Source: an uncultured delta proteobacterium (GTDB lineage: Bacteria; Desulfobacterota; Binatia; UBA9968). Taken from it: a DNA stretch of 64,000 nt. A program made the translations under genes and the position numbers. The stretch covers positions 96,001 to 160,000 of the forward strand of contig CAVUZH010000022.1 in assembly GCA_963745835.1 (NCBI GenBank), in the 5' to 3' direction. The first letter of the stretch is position 1. Every line of letters starts with the position of its first letter. The notes under the pieces are model-generated. The model was not told the DNA's origin, searched no databases, and saw only the letters and a program-made list of their open reading frames with translations. This document shows, in pieces, positions 10,415 through 20,624 of this stretch.

Positions 10415-11380
10415 TTACGCTCCCAGAGCGATCGCGGTAATGCAAGGCAAGCCGTCGATCAGCGTCCGCGCGCGGCCGGATGGCTCGATCTCGACAACCT
10501 CGCCGTCGGCTGTGACGACCAACACTCCCTTCCCGCTGGGCGCGGCGCACATATCCATCACTCCTCCCTGCATGTTTTCACTCAGCAGCTCCCAGTCGGC
10601 ACCGTCGCGCGATTTGAATATCGCGGTTTTGGCCCGGCCGGCGCGGGTCCATGTGCGCGGGCGGTCCTGGGTGATTCCCAAATAGATGTTGCCGTCTTCA
10701 TCTTCAGCCAGCGCATTGCCGTAGGTGCGGCCGCCCGGCGGCGTGACTTTTTTCCAACGCGAGCCCCGATCGGTGCTGCGCGATACGCCTTCACCGCAGG
10801 CGGCGACAACGAGGCCGAGATTTTTTTTCGAAGGCAGAATCTGGTGCAGGTCCGGATCGGTCAGCCCTTCGTTCGCAGGCGACCAGCTCTCGCCTTCATC
10901 GTCGCTGACCAGAATGCCTCCGACTTCGATCCCCGCAAAGAGCCTGCCGCCAAGCTTGTCCTCTCGGCTGAGAACGCGCGTGCGTGCGGGAAAATCGGGA
11001 TTGGGCGGAAACGTTCCGCCTACCGCGCCTGTCCGTACGCCTTTCACTTCTTGCCAGCGCGTATCCCCTTTCACGTAAAGCGCGGCGGGTGTGGTGCCGA
11101 CAAGAAGCCGACCCGGCAATGCGAGCATCGAGGACATCGCCAAACACGGCACGTTGGGGTTGGCGCGCATCCATTCTTTGCCGCCATCATCCGAAACGAA
11201 CATGCCGGAGCGCTCGGTGCCGATATACACGCGCTCGGGATTTTCCGGGTCCACCTGGATGCAGCTCATCTGCCAGAACGTGAGCGCGCGATCCGTCGGA
11301 TGCCAGTCCTCGCCCGATCGGTCATAGCGATACCAACCTGAATGAGTGGCCAGATGCAAAGTTTCGGGGTTTGTTGCCAT
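10415..11380 (-). CDS. BNR/Asp-box beta-propeller protein
   Basis: Repeated SDDGGKEW, SDDEGESW, STDRGSRW, SRDGADW; RBS GGAGG before ATG 11380. Confidence 0.85.
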   Translation of the reverse strand: MATNPETLHLATHSGWYRYDRSGEDWHPTDRALTFWQMSCIQVDPENPERVYIGTERSGMFVSDDGGKEWMRANPNVPCLAMSSMLALPGRLLVGTTPAALYVKGDTRWQEVKGVRTGAVGGTFPPNPDFPARTRVLSREDKLGGRLFAGIEVGGILVSDDEGESWSPANEGLTDPDLHQILPSKKNLGLVVAACGEGVSRSTDRGSRWKKVTPPGGRTYGNALAEDEDGNIYLGITQDRPRTWTRAGRAKTAIFKSRDGADWELLSENMQGGVMDMCAAPSGKGVLVVTADGEVVEIEPSGRARTLIDGLPCITAIALGA

Positions 11381-11622
11381 AAGCACCTCCGGATAAATCT
11401 CACAATAGGCCGGGGCAGCTTTTTCCGTCAAGCTCTTTGGGGCGTTCTGAACGCAGCGCAGCGATCAAACCTCTGGTTTGGCATGCATGGTCGGGCTGTG
11501 CAATTCCTTGATTCAGCATGGCGTGCCGCTTTTCTTGACACATTTTTTCGCTTAGAACTAGGAAGAGAGCGCACCTTCCCCAAAACTATTCTAAACATCG
11601 CGGAGCAAAAGTATCACCAGCC

Positions 11623-11915
11623 TGGGGTGAATTCTTGCCGTACCACATTGTTTCACCTCGGTTGCACGATCTGTTTGAGCGTGCTGCTCACCGTGCCATA
11701 GTGAACGTCCAAATGCGCTGCAATCTCACGGAGCCGGTATCCATGATCGTATGCCTCGGCTAACGCTCTCTTCCCGCTTTTTGCAAAGATCCGCCCCCGC
11801 GACGGCTTGGCGGCTCTTAACTGCACCAGCGGAATTTCTTTAAGATCCTTTATTAGGAGCTGTGTGCTTCTCGATAAATGCGTAGCTCCTAAATAGATCT
11901 GCCCTTTTGGCTCTT
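11623..11915 (-). mobile_element. 3' remnant of REP-associated tyrosine transposase (RAYT/IS200-like with C-terminal HTH), copy 1
   Basis: Frameshifted GQIYLG...KEIPLVQLRAAKPS...YDHGYRLREIAAHLDVHYGTVS; adjacent GGGGTGAATTCTTGCCGTACCACAT end. Confidence 0.7.
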
Positions 11916-12327
11916 CTCAGGAGCACTGTTTACTTTAAGCCGACGCGATCGACGGCTAACGTCTTTGATGGGTAACGCGAACGACTTTGCCATCATCGCG
12001 TAATTTTTTCTCTGCCAACTTGCCGAACCGACACGTTTATTACCTCCGACTCCACGAAAATGCCTTCCTTTATTCTGGTATAGGCGTTGCGCACATATCG
12101 CACTCGACGTTGATGCTATGAACTGATTACCCCGTGGTCACCATGGGTGTCAGGGAGCAAATGGTGAAACCGGCAACAGTCGCGGTCGCTTACTTTGCCT
12201 CCCTAAACCCTTGGTCGTTCACGGGGAATGATCCATCTGCACAACAAGCATCAACGGCATAAAGCCGAGCGGAACTCGGTTTATAAGACGGCTGACGTAG
12301 CAGGCGAATATAATTCAGGTGGTTAAC

Positions 12328-12756
12328 ATGCAGCAAACCTCAACGAGAGCGTTTTTATTGGTTGCACTTAGTTTGGTCCATCTGAATGGCTGCGCTGCTC
12401 CTTTGGCGCTGACTCTTCTCGGCGTGGGTGCCGGCGTAACAACCGGTACAGCAGTTTCATACACTATGGACGGGATTGCTTACCGAACTTTTACAGCACC
12501 CCTTCCACAGGTCGAGCGGGCCACGCTAACGGCGCTAAATGATATGGGAATGGCTATCGAGGGCACAGAGAAGACTGACGAAGGGAAAGCGATAAAAGCC
12601 AAGGGACTTGAGCGTCAGATCGAGATTGAACTACAGGCCATAAGCTCCAAGACGACCCGAATCCGCACGGTTGCCAAGGACGGAATATTTTTTAAAGACC
12701 GAGCGACCGCTACGGAGATCATTTTACAGACCGAAAGAATTCTTGGAAAAGCGTAA
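12328..12756 (+). CDS. DUF3568-like lipoprotein
   Basis: Lipobox LNGC, GVGAGVTTG segment, TRIRTVA...DRATATEII. Confidence 0.7.
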   Translation: MQQTSTRAFLLVALSLVHLNGCAAPLALTLLGVGAGVTTGTAVSYTMDGIAYRTFTAPLPQVERATLTALNDMGMAIEGTEKTDEGKAIKAKGLERQIEIELQAISSKTTRIRTVAKDGIFFKDRATATEIILQTERILGKA

Positions 12757-12784
12757 ATACACGTAAATACAAAGGAGGTTATCT

Positions 12785-13608
12785 ATGAAAAAAGTCACCC
12801 ACTTTTTTGCGATCGCCGTTTCGTTAGTGATCGTGGCAGCGGCTCCGGCACCGAACTTTGCTCAGACATCTTCTGGGAGTAGCACGCCGGCGACCAACAT
12901 CAGCAATGACTACAGCTACTTCCTTAAGAACGTTGATTCGAAGCAGGTCGTAAACGACCTTAGAAACGGGCAGTGGACCACCACTACTACAGACCCTCGA
13001 CGAATATGTCGACGACCACCACCGAGGCTCTTCCAACCGGGAAGATGGGATTCGGAAATGTGAAGATTTCCTTGGCTCTAGCCCAGGAGAGCCTAAGGCA
13101 GCAAAACATCATGCAACCGACATCTGAGCAGCTTCACACCTCTTTGGTTGGCGGGCAGATGGTTCCGGGCGACTCCACGACCACGACCAATGGCATTCTC
13201 CAGATGCGCGCCGAAGGAATGGGTTGGGGACAAATTGCACAAAAGTATGATGTCAAACTTGGTCAGCTCATGAGCGGCAAGCAGCCTGCGTCGACGACAA
13301 CTACCAGTACGACGAGTACGACTACGACCAGCAGTGGAAAGTCGTCGACTACCGTGACAGGTAAAGGCAATGGCAAGGGCATTTCCGGAAGCAATTCTCA
13401 GGAAAACGGAATTGTCAGCGCCTCGGGCCGGACCTCCGGCACTTCCTCTAGTTCCACGAATCAGGGTGGCCGCGGCATTGTGAGCGGGTCCGGTCGATCC
13501 GTCGGCCATACCAGCGGGATTGTTACTGGGGCCGGCAATGGGCATCAACATGGCGCATCGGGAGGTGGTCAAGGTAACAGCGGAGGACATGGCAAGGGCC
13601 CGAAATAG
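12785..13608 (+). CDS. Secreted Thr/Ser/Gly-rich protein with GMGWGQIA motif, frameshift near 12996
   Basis: ORFs 12785..13063 and 12973..13608 join (…TTTTTDP/STNMSTTTT…) by adding one base in GACCCTCG; RBS AGGAGG and signal peptide. Confidence 0.7.
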
Positions 13609-13641
13609 CGGTCAAGCGTCTAATTAGAGGAGAAAAAAACC

Positions 13642-13953
13642 ATGAATGCTACTTTTATAAAATTATCAGCTGTGGCAATTGCGTTCAGCATGAGCGTGGC
13701 GATTCCGGCCGCTTACTCAGAAGGAAAAGGGAAAGGTAAAGAAAAGGGAAAGCAGAACGTCGATGCAAAAGAGAAACACGGCCGTGAGGCGGGCGAACTT
13801 CCGCATGGTCTTGAACAGTTCTCCGAAAAAAAGGGAACCCTCCCGTCAGGATTGCAGAAAAAGAAGGACGAGAATGAATCACTAACTCGGGGCCTTGAGC
13901 AGGGCGGCAAGAAACTAACCTCGACCAGCAAAGGAAAGAGGAGTTCAAAATAA
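13642..13953 (+). CDS. Small secreted Lys/Gly-rich protein with LPxGL repeats
   Basis: Signal peptide; LPHGLEQ and LPSGLQKK; RBS GAGGAG. Confidence 0.75.
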   Translation: MNATFIKLSAVAIAFSMSVAIPAAYSEGKGKGKEKGKQNVDAKEKHGREAGELPHGLEQFSEKKGTLPSGLQKKKDENESLTRGLEQGGKKLTSTSKGKRSSK

Positions 13954-14051
13954 GCTGCGCGCCTAGCTCCCGCTGCGGTGCTCTAACAGCTCGTGGAGGG
14001 AGTGACTGGAATAGCCCCTCACAAAGGTCCAAACTCCCACCTGCTGCTGGC

Positions 14052-14470
14052 TGGGTCAGGTCTTGCCGTACCACATCCTTTAATTCCTTCACTCGAGCTG
14101 TTTGAGTCTGCGGCTCACCGTTGCATCGTGAACGCGCGAATGGCGCGGCAATCTTATGAAGCCGATATCCATGATCGAGTGCCTCGACTATCGCCCTCTT
14201 CCCGCTTTTTGCAAATATCCGGCCCAGCGACGGCTTGGCAGCTTCTAACTGTACCTGCGGAATTTCTTCAAATCGCTTCTTCGGAGCTGGGTACTTCTCA
14301 AATAAATGCCTCGCTACCTAAATAGATCTGCGCTTTTAGCTTTTCCCATGGCCGCCTCGCCACTCCAGCCCTGACGAATGTTCGGTACTCTTTCTGCGCT
14401 TGTGCCCTTCTCTTGCCGAATTCGGCGATACCCAGTCGGTGCTCAGAAATTCGTGCATCGGCCCCTGCGG
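14052..14470 (-). mobile_element. 3' remnant of RAYT-like transposase, copy 2
   Basis: FLSTDWV..FGKRRAQAQKEYRTFVRAGVARRPWEKLKAQIYLGSEAFIEK...HGYRLHKIAA...VSRRLKQLE; end GGGTCAGGTCTTGCCGTACCACAT. Confidence 0.75.
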
Positions 14471-14564
14471 CAAAACAGGTGCGGAAGACTCATTCGACTG
14501 TTACTCGCCATTCTCACGTAGTACATTCAGGGTGGCCGATTGAACTTTGCAAGAGGATAAACCA

Positions 14565-15710
14565 ATGAAATCCCTTCCACAGACAGATTCCGAAGTCGAG
14601 CGAGCGTCGTCTCCTCTGCTGGATGTGTTAATTCGCGCCAGCTTGATCGGCCTATTGGCGGTGCTGTGCTACCAAATCTTTTCGCCATTTCTGACGCTGA
14701 TGGTCTGGTCCATCATCTTGGCGGTCACGTTGTATCCGTTGCATCAATGGCTTGCCGGAAAGGTCAGCAGGAAGCAATGGCTCGCCTCGATTATTCTGGT
14801 GATCGTCGGGCTTGTGTTGATCATCACTCCGATGGCATTGCTGATGAATTCGTTTGCCGACTCGGTTCGTCATTTTATCGGCGCCGTGCAACAAAACACG
14901 CTGACAATACCCGCTCCGCGAGAGGGCGTTGAAAAATGGCCGCTGGTCGGCAAGCAGGTCCATGATGTGTGGTCGAGAGCTCATGCCGACCTGCCCGAAT
15001 TCGTGCGGAGCATGCAGCCGAAGATCGGCGAATTGGCCCAGCGAGCAGTTGCCATTGTCGCAAGCATTGGCAGCGGCCTGTTGCTGTTTATAGTCTCATT
15101 CGTGATCGCCAGCATCCTGATGGCATACGGTGAATCGGGCGCGCACGGCAGTCGGGCGATTTTCGTTCGTGTTGCTGGCGCCTCGGCAGGCGAGGGCCTC
15201 ACCAAACTCTCCACGGCAACCATCCGCGCCGTCGCGCTAGGCGTCGTCGGCGTCGCCTTCATCCAGGCAACCCTCATCGGGTTGGCACTGCTGCTCGCCG
15301 GCGTACCGGCGGCGGGCGTGTTGTCAGCGATCGCGCTCGTATTGGGCATTGCCCAAGTGCCGGCTCTAATCGTCACGGTTCCAGTCATCATTTACATTTG
15401 GTCGAGTGGTGATTACGGAACCGCTGCGGCGATCACACATACCATCATCCTGCTGCTGACCGGCATGGCGGATAACATTTTGAAACCGCTGATGCTGGGT
15501 CGCGGCGTCGACGCACCCATGCCGGTGGTCCTGCTCGGCGCGTTGGGCGGTATGGCGACCGGCGGAATTTTAGGAATGTTTGTCGGCGCGACGTTGTTGG
15601 CGCTTGGCTATCAGATCTTCATGGGTTGGATCGCCACCAGTCCGAACTCGGATCCGGCAGTGTCACAAAAGGAAGAGACTGGACTGGGCAATATCGGGCC
15701 AAAAACTTAA
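14565..15710 (+). CDS. AI-2E family transporter
   Basis: PFLTLMVWSIILAVTLYP, DNILKPLMLGRG, GGILGMFVG. Confidence 0.9.
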   Translation: MKSLPQTDSEVERASSPLLDVLIRASLIGLLAVLCYQIFSPFLTLMVWSIILAVTLYPLHQWLAGKVSRKQWLASIILVIVGLVLIITPMALLMNSFADSVRHFIGAVQQNTLTIPAPREGVEKWPLVGKQVHDVWSRAHADLPEFVRSMQPKIGELAQRAVAIVASIGSGLLLFIVSFVIASILMAYGESGAHGSRAIFVRVAGASAGEGLTKLSTATIRAVALGVVGVAFIQATLIGLALLLAGVPAAGVLSAIALVLGIAQVPALIVTVPVIIYIWSSGDYGTAAAITHTIILLLTGMADNILKPLMLGRGVDAPMPVVLLGALGGMATGGILGMFVGATLLALGYQIFMGWIATSPNSDPAVSQKEETGLGNIGPKT

Positions 15711-15856
15711 AGCGGTGCCCGATGTCGGACAATTCGCTTGGCTTAACAACTCATTCAGGCAAACCCCGCAATAGCTCGCTCTTTTCATGATTGCTCTTTG
15801 CCATGAAACCTGGATCCTGTTCGCGCCGGCTCGGTTTATTGGGGCGTTCGGAGTAG

Positions 15857-15966
15857 CTGGAGTCAGGGTTGCCTGCCACATTGTTCAATTCGTTTGCTCG
15901 ATCTATTTGGAGTCTGCGGCTTACGGCTTACCTGTCATAGTGAACGCCCAAATGCGCGGCAAATTT
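15857..15966 (-). mobile_element. Short 3' remnant of RAYT-like transposase, copy 3
   Basis: GCTGGAGTCAGGGTTGCCTGCCACATTGTT...GAGTCTGCGGC...CATAGTGAACGCCCAAATGCGCGGC matches copies 1 and 2 (AAHLGVHY). Confidence 0.65.
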
Positions 15967-16136
15967 TATGAAACGTTTATGAAACGCCGCGCTGCACGTG
16001 TTAAAATTCACAGGCAGCGATAGAACTCACTCGGGCTTTAGACGGCTGCTTAATTCCCCGTTGCTACAATGCCGAAAAGGCACGTCGGTTGCCAAGCCGA
16101 ATTCTATCCAGCTCAAAGGAGAACTCGGGCCTGAAA

Positions 16137-16973
16137 CTAGCGCCCGAGTCGTTCCAGCTGCTCAAGGTGATCTGTTTCCGATGCCAGCATATCCTCCAAC
16201 CGTATCACGAGGCCTTTGTCACCGAACTCCGCTGCCTGATCAATGCGCTTGGCATAGTTGCTTATGATCTTTCGTTCGCCGGCGATATTTTCCTGCAACA
16301 AGTCGCGGGAAGCAGCCAGCTCTGCAGGCACTGCGGGGCGAATACGCACCGCACCGCCGAGCGCGACGATTTTATCGGCGATAAACATTGCATGATCCAG
16401 CTCGCTCGGCAGCTCCTTCTTCAATAATTCACGAAGCTCGTGTCCGAGCATACCGCGACCGGCCGCAGCGTGATACACGCCTCTGAGAAGCGTTTCGAGC
16501 TCCAGATTTAAATCTTCATTCAAGCCGGCAATGAGTTCCTCGCGCGTCATAGTCACGGAGTGACCCACCACATGAATCACAGGCAATTTAAAGCGACGCT
16601 CTATGCGCCGGGGCTGGTCGAGCGCTACCCAACGGGATCTTTGTAGTGGCAAGGTAGAGATGACGATCCCATCGTATTTTTGTTCATGACGTTGCAGCTC
16701 ATCTTCGATAGCTTTGACGGGCGACGGGTCGCCCACTTCCGTCCGAATAACATTCGCGCCCACTCCTTCCAAATGCTCTTTGGCGATTTGAGCCGTGCGT
16801 TTCGCTACCGCTTCATTATCGCCGTCCTGCCAATCCAGCAAATCTTCCACCGGCGTGGCGGGAACCAGCAAGACAAACTCCGTAGCGGCGTCTTTCTTGA
16901 TGATCTCTCGAACGGCATTGGTCAGCTCCGGGCTCGAGGCTGTCTGATTGGCCAAAATAAGGATCCGCGGCAT
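16137..16973 (-). CDS. USP-like domain fused to ferritin-like (bacterioferritin-type) domain
   Basis: N-term RILILANQT...FVLLVPATP...GDPSP...ISTLP; C-term LNEDLNLE, ELDHA, ETDH. Confidence 0.8.
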   Translation of the reverse strand: MPRILILANQTASSPELTNAVREIIKKDAATEFVLLVPATPVEDLLDWQDGDNEAVAKRTAQIAKEHLEGVGANVIRTEVGDPSPVKAIEDELQRHEQKYDGIVISTLPLQRSRWVALDQPRRIERRFKLPVIHVVGHSVTMTREELIAGLNEDLNLELETLLRGVYHAAAGRGMLGHELRELLKKELPSELDHAMFIADKIVALGGAVRIRPAVPAELAASRDLLQENIAGERKIISNYAKRIDQAAEFGDKGLVIRLEDMLASETDHLEQLERLGR

Positions 16974-17183
16974 ATCTCACCTCCGGAAAAGTTTGTAGCT
17001 AATGGTAAATTAGGACGAATCAGATGTCGGTACAAGATTTATTAGATTCGTCTGTTCGGGCTGCTGTTATCCGATGCGATCCAAGCGGCTCGAAGAATCA
17101 CTGGCCGGGCTCATTGGATTGCCGTCGATGCTCTAGCGTAGTGTCTCTTAACTTCACGTGATTTTGAAAACGTCATTCGGGCC

Positions 17184-17255
17184 AATGCGGAGAGACAGTT
17201 ACAATTGTTCCAATCGTTCCAGTCGTTTGATCGCTGCGCTCCGTTCAAGACGTTT
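17184..17255. repeat. 9-nt tandem GTTCCAATC-type repeat, copy C
   Basis: AATGCGGAGAGACAGTTACAATTGTTCCAATCGTTCCAGTCGTTTGATCGCTGCGCTC resembles copies A and B. Confidence 0.75.
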
Positions 17256-17695
17256 TACCGAGACAGCAATCTAGCCTGCAGCTGAATCGGATCCGCGATC
17301 ATCGCCGGTATTTGCATCGGGTATTCGAAGCAAAGAAGCCGTTCGGTTTATCGGTGCGGCCTTCATGGTCCAAGCTCGAATCATCTAAAAATTTCTCTGA
17401 AAAGGAGATCTCAATGAAACGGAAAAACACTTTCGCGACGGCTCTCGTGCTGACGGGGAGCATCGGCTTTGGATTCTATACGCGACTGATAATCTAGGCT
17501 CAGTTACCGTTCGTTGACCCGTTAACGTTCTTCAGGCCCTAACACTGCACTTCTCGATTATGCAGCTCTCGAAATCTGATTTGAGTCAACTCAGGAGTGG
17601 TTTTGAGCTCTTGGTCGCTGTGTCGTGTTGCATGAGAGCTTGTCGTCGGCTATTTAAAAGCCTGCTTATTAGCTTCTTCTAGAGAGGAGATACTC

Positions 17696-18103
17696 ATGAA
17701 AGATATGAATCGAGCAAAAGAATATTTACCGGGGAGTGAAAGGCAAAGAAGCCGAGGATATTCACCGGCCGTTATAACAAGTGGAGGGAGAACTGTTTAC
17801 CTGGCAGGCCATGGTGGTTACAGCGATGAATCCGGCAAGACGTATCCAGGAGATTTTGACGCTCAGGTGCGAATTTGTTTCGAGCGCATCGGCGCAGTTC
17901 TCGCCAAAGTGGGCGGCACGCTGGACGACATTGTCTCGATGACTGTATTTATCGTTGATATGAAAAATGGCGACCGTTTTACAGAGCTGCGCAGAAGCAT
18001 TTTCTCCGAGGGCTATTATCCGGGAAGCGCTCTGATTGGGATCAAGGAGCTTGCACACCCTGAGATGATGCTCGAGATACAAGCGATTGCCGTGATCCAA
18101 TGA
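17696..18103 (+). CDS. RidA/YjgF family protein
   Basis: YSPAV, VYLAGH, LDDIV, LEIQAIA; RBS GAGGAG. Confidence 0.9.
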   Translation: MKDMNRAKEYLPGSERQRSRGYSPAVITSGGRTVYLAGHGGYSDESGKTYPGDFDAQVRICFERIGAVLAKVGGTLDDIVSMTVFIVDMKNGDRFTELRRSIFSEGYYPGSALIGIKELAHPEMMLEIQAIAVIQ

Positions 18104-18125
18104 TGCGGGACGCTGATTTACGTTT

Positions 18126-19118
18126 TCAGCTCCGGCCGTAAAGCTTATCGAGGTAGCCGCTTTTCTTGAGCTCGTCGAGAAAGCGGAAGTCGACGAAGTC
18201 CTCCGGTCTGGCCTTCGCCGCCTTGGGATCGATCGTCGCCTGAATCTCGAGGATATTTTTGATTCCTTCCAGCGTAGGATACGTGTCTTCGACGAGAAGT
18301 TTGTTGAAGGAATCGTATCCCCCTTCCAGAGCAGGCCTGCTCATTCCTCGCGTATATTTCGCCATGATCTTGAGCACATCTTCCTTCCGAGTTCGATAAA
18401 AGTGCAGAGCATCCACCATTGCTCGAACCATGCCCCGAACTTCGGCGGGGTTTTCACGGATCATTTTTCCGGTCGCGATTGTACAAGTGAATTGAAATGG
18501 CAAATTCATTTTCGCCATGTCGACGATGACCTTCAGCCCGGCTTTTTCTCCCTCGACTTTTCCGGACCCCGTGACCACGGTGAAATCTAATTGGCCGGTC
18601 TTAACGGCGGCGATCCGGGGTGAAGAGCCTCCAACCATGACGGTCTTCACATCCTTGATATTGAGACCGGCAGTTTTGAGTCCAAGGCGAAATGCGAAAT
18701 CGGCCGCGGTTCCCGGAAGATGCACTGCCGCAGACCTCCCTCGCATGTCCTCCGGGGTTTTAATTTCGGGTTTTCCGATTATGTAATAAGGAAGGGTGTT
18801 GCCAAGGCTATTGATAATGGCAATGTCTCCACCCGCCAACTTTCCGTTGACCGCGGCGGTGCCTCCTGCAGAGGTAAATTGAATATCTCCAGCCATAAGG
18901 CTTTGTGTGGCCATCACACTGCTGCTGACGAATACCAACTCTATGTCCAGGCCATGTTTCTTAAAGAAGCCGGCATCTTGAGCTACCCAATACGGCGCTG
19001 AAGTATCGGCTGACTGGGAGATATAGGCCAGGTAAGACTTGGCTAATGCGTTCTGATGAGTCAGAACCACTGACACAAATGAGGCAATGATAACTACAGC
19101 AAAACCGATTTTCTTCAT
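18126..19118 (-). CDS. NMT1/THI5-like ABC substrate-binding protein
   Basis: WVAQDAGFFKKHGLDIELV, DPKAAKARPEDFVDFRFLDEL. Confidence 0.9.
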   Translation of the reverse strand: MKKIGFAVVIIASFVSVVLTHQNALAKSYLAYISQSADTSAPYWVAQDAGFFKKHGLDIELVFVSSSVMATQSLMAGDIQFTSAGGTAAVNGKLAGGDIAIINSLGNTLPYYIIGKPEIKTPEDMRGRSAAVHLPGTAADFAFRLGLKTAGLNIKDVKTVMVGGSSPRIAAVKTGQLDFTVVTGSGKVEGEKAGLKVIVDMAKMNLPFQFTCTIATGKMIRENPAEVRGMVRAMVDALHFYRTRKEDVLKIMAKYTRGMSRPALEGGYDSFNKLLVEDTYPTLEGIKNILEIQATIDPKAAKARPEDFVDFRFLDELKKSGYLDKLYGRS

Positions 19119-19433
19119 TGAGTCTCCGGATCTCCGATTCAGTCAGATTATACTTGGCAAGATGGCATCTTCAGAATGAAACGTAGTGAAAGGAAATTAG
19201 CATTAGTTCTAAAACAATCCCTTTCATGGCAGAGGGCAAAATTCTTGTCAACGATTTGCATCGAGAAAGTTGTAGCAGAGACGACCGGGAACGCTGATGA
19301 TAAAGTATACCCGACACGCGAGCCTGTAATTTTGGACTGGCCTTCTTTTGCCGATGTCGTCTGATAGGTTATTTATTATCCGCAGCGCGAGCGGCATCCC
19401 ATTTTAAACTATGCCGGAAGGAAAGGAGCGGAA

Positions 19434-20336
19434 ATGAACTCTTCTGCCATGGAACTCGGGCCCATCGGAATCTGGACGGCGCAGTTTGACTATCAGCCTG
19501 CCGCCAAAGTCCGAGACGCTGCCGCGGAGCTCGAACAGCACGGGTTCGGAGCGATCTGGTTTCCCGAAAGTGTCGGCCGTGAATCGCTCACGAATGCAGC
19601 CATACTTCTGAGCGCGACCAGCCGACTAGTCGTGGCCACCGGCATTGCCAATATTTACGCTCGCGATCCGGTAACCACCGCTGCCGGACAGAATACTCTG
19701 GCTGAAGCTTACCCGGGACGGTTTCTGCTTGGTCTGGGTGTCAGCCACATTCCGCTTGTCGAACAGCTAAGAGGCCATACTTACGGCAAGCCTATCGCTT
19801 CTATGCGGGCATATCTGGAGGGAATGGATCGCGCTCCCTACCGCGCCGTTGCTCCCAGTATCAAACCCATTAGAGTGTTGGCAGCACTGGGCCCTCAAAT
19901 GCTACGGCTGGCGGCCGAGCGAGCCGACGGTGCTCATTCGTATTTCGTCCCTCCCGAACACACCGCGCGCGCCCGTGAGATTCTGGGCAGCGATCGGCTT
20001 TTGGCTGTAGAACAGGCCGTCGTACTTGAAACCGATGCAATCAAAGCGCGAGAGATCGCGCGAGCGCATACCTCCAGGTATCTCGCCTTACCTAATTACG
20101 TGAATAATTTGCGCAGCCTCGGATTTGCCGACGCGGACCTGACCGACAGCGGCAACGACCGATTGGTTGACGCCATCGTCGCCTGGGGTGATTTAGCTAC
20201 TGTTACCGATCGGATTCGCGCGCATCAGTCCGCGGGCGCTAGCCACGTTTGCGTTCAGGTGCTTCCCGCGGATCCCCAGGCGCTGCCACTTCGGGAGTGG
20301 CGTGAACTCGCAGCGGCACTGCTGACCAAAAGGTGA
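19434..20336 (+). CDS. LLM-class, probably F420-dependent oxidoreductase (TIGR03620-like)
   Basis: GRFLLGLGVSH, LAALGPQML, GAHSY, LPNYVNNL. Confidence 0.85.
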   Translation: MNSSAMELGPIGIWTAQFDYQPAAKVRDAAAELEQHGFGAIWFPESVGRESLTNAAILLSATSRLVVATGIANIYARDPVTTAAGQNTLAEAYPGRFLLGLGVSHIPLVEQLRGHTYGKPIASMRAYLEGMDRAPYRAVAPSIKPIRVLAALGPQMLRLAAERADGAHSYFVPPEHTARAREILGSDRLLAVEQAVVLETDAIKAREIARAHTSRYLALPNYVNNLRSLGFADADLTDSGNDRLVDAIVAWGDLATVTDRIRAHQSAGASHVCVQVLPADPQALPLREWRELAAALLTKR

Positions 20337-20624
20337 AATGGTTCGGCTGGTTTGAGCCGGGGAAAGCAGTAGGCCGAGATACGGGTTGAGAGTAAAGCCT
20401 GACTTCTCCCTTTTTCTCTTTCCTCGTACCCTTACCTCGACACCACACACTAGATTCAAAGAATACGCAAAAAAAATCTGACCGCCTACGGCGCTCTTAG
20501 CTGTCTACGTTTGTGGTTATCAAAACTGGACATTAGATTTGGGTTGGAGTAATGACTGGGTGATTCCAACTCCGGTGTTCATGTTCTCTACGCTTGCTAA
20601 AAAGCACAAGAGGGGCGCCGAACC

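Noticed and set aside
17413-17497. Short signal-peptide-like ORF with a good RBS
   Set aside because: Stops at TAG after 27 codons with no recognisable continuation; probably a relic
20340-20624. Guanidine riboswitch upstream of the DUF1989 gene
   Set aside because: No ykkC, mini-ykkC or ykkC-III consensus visible
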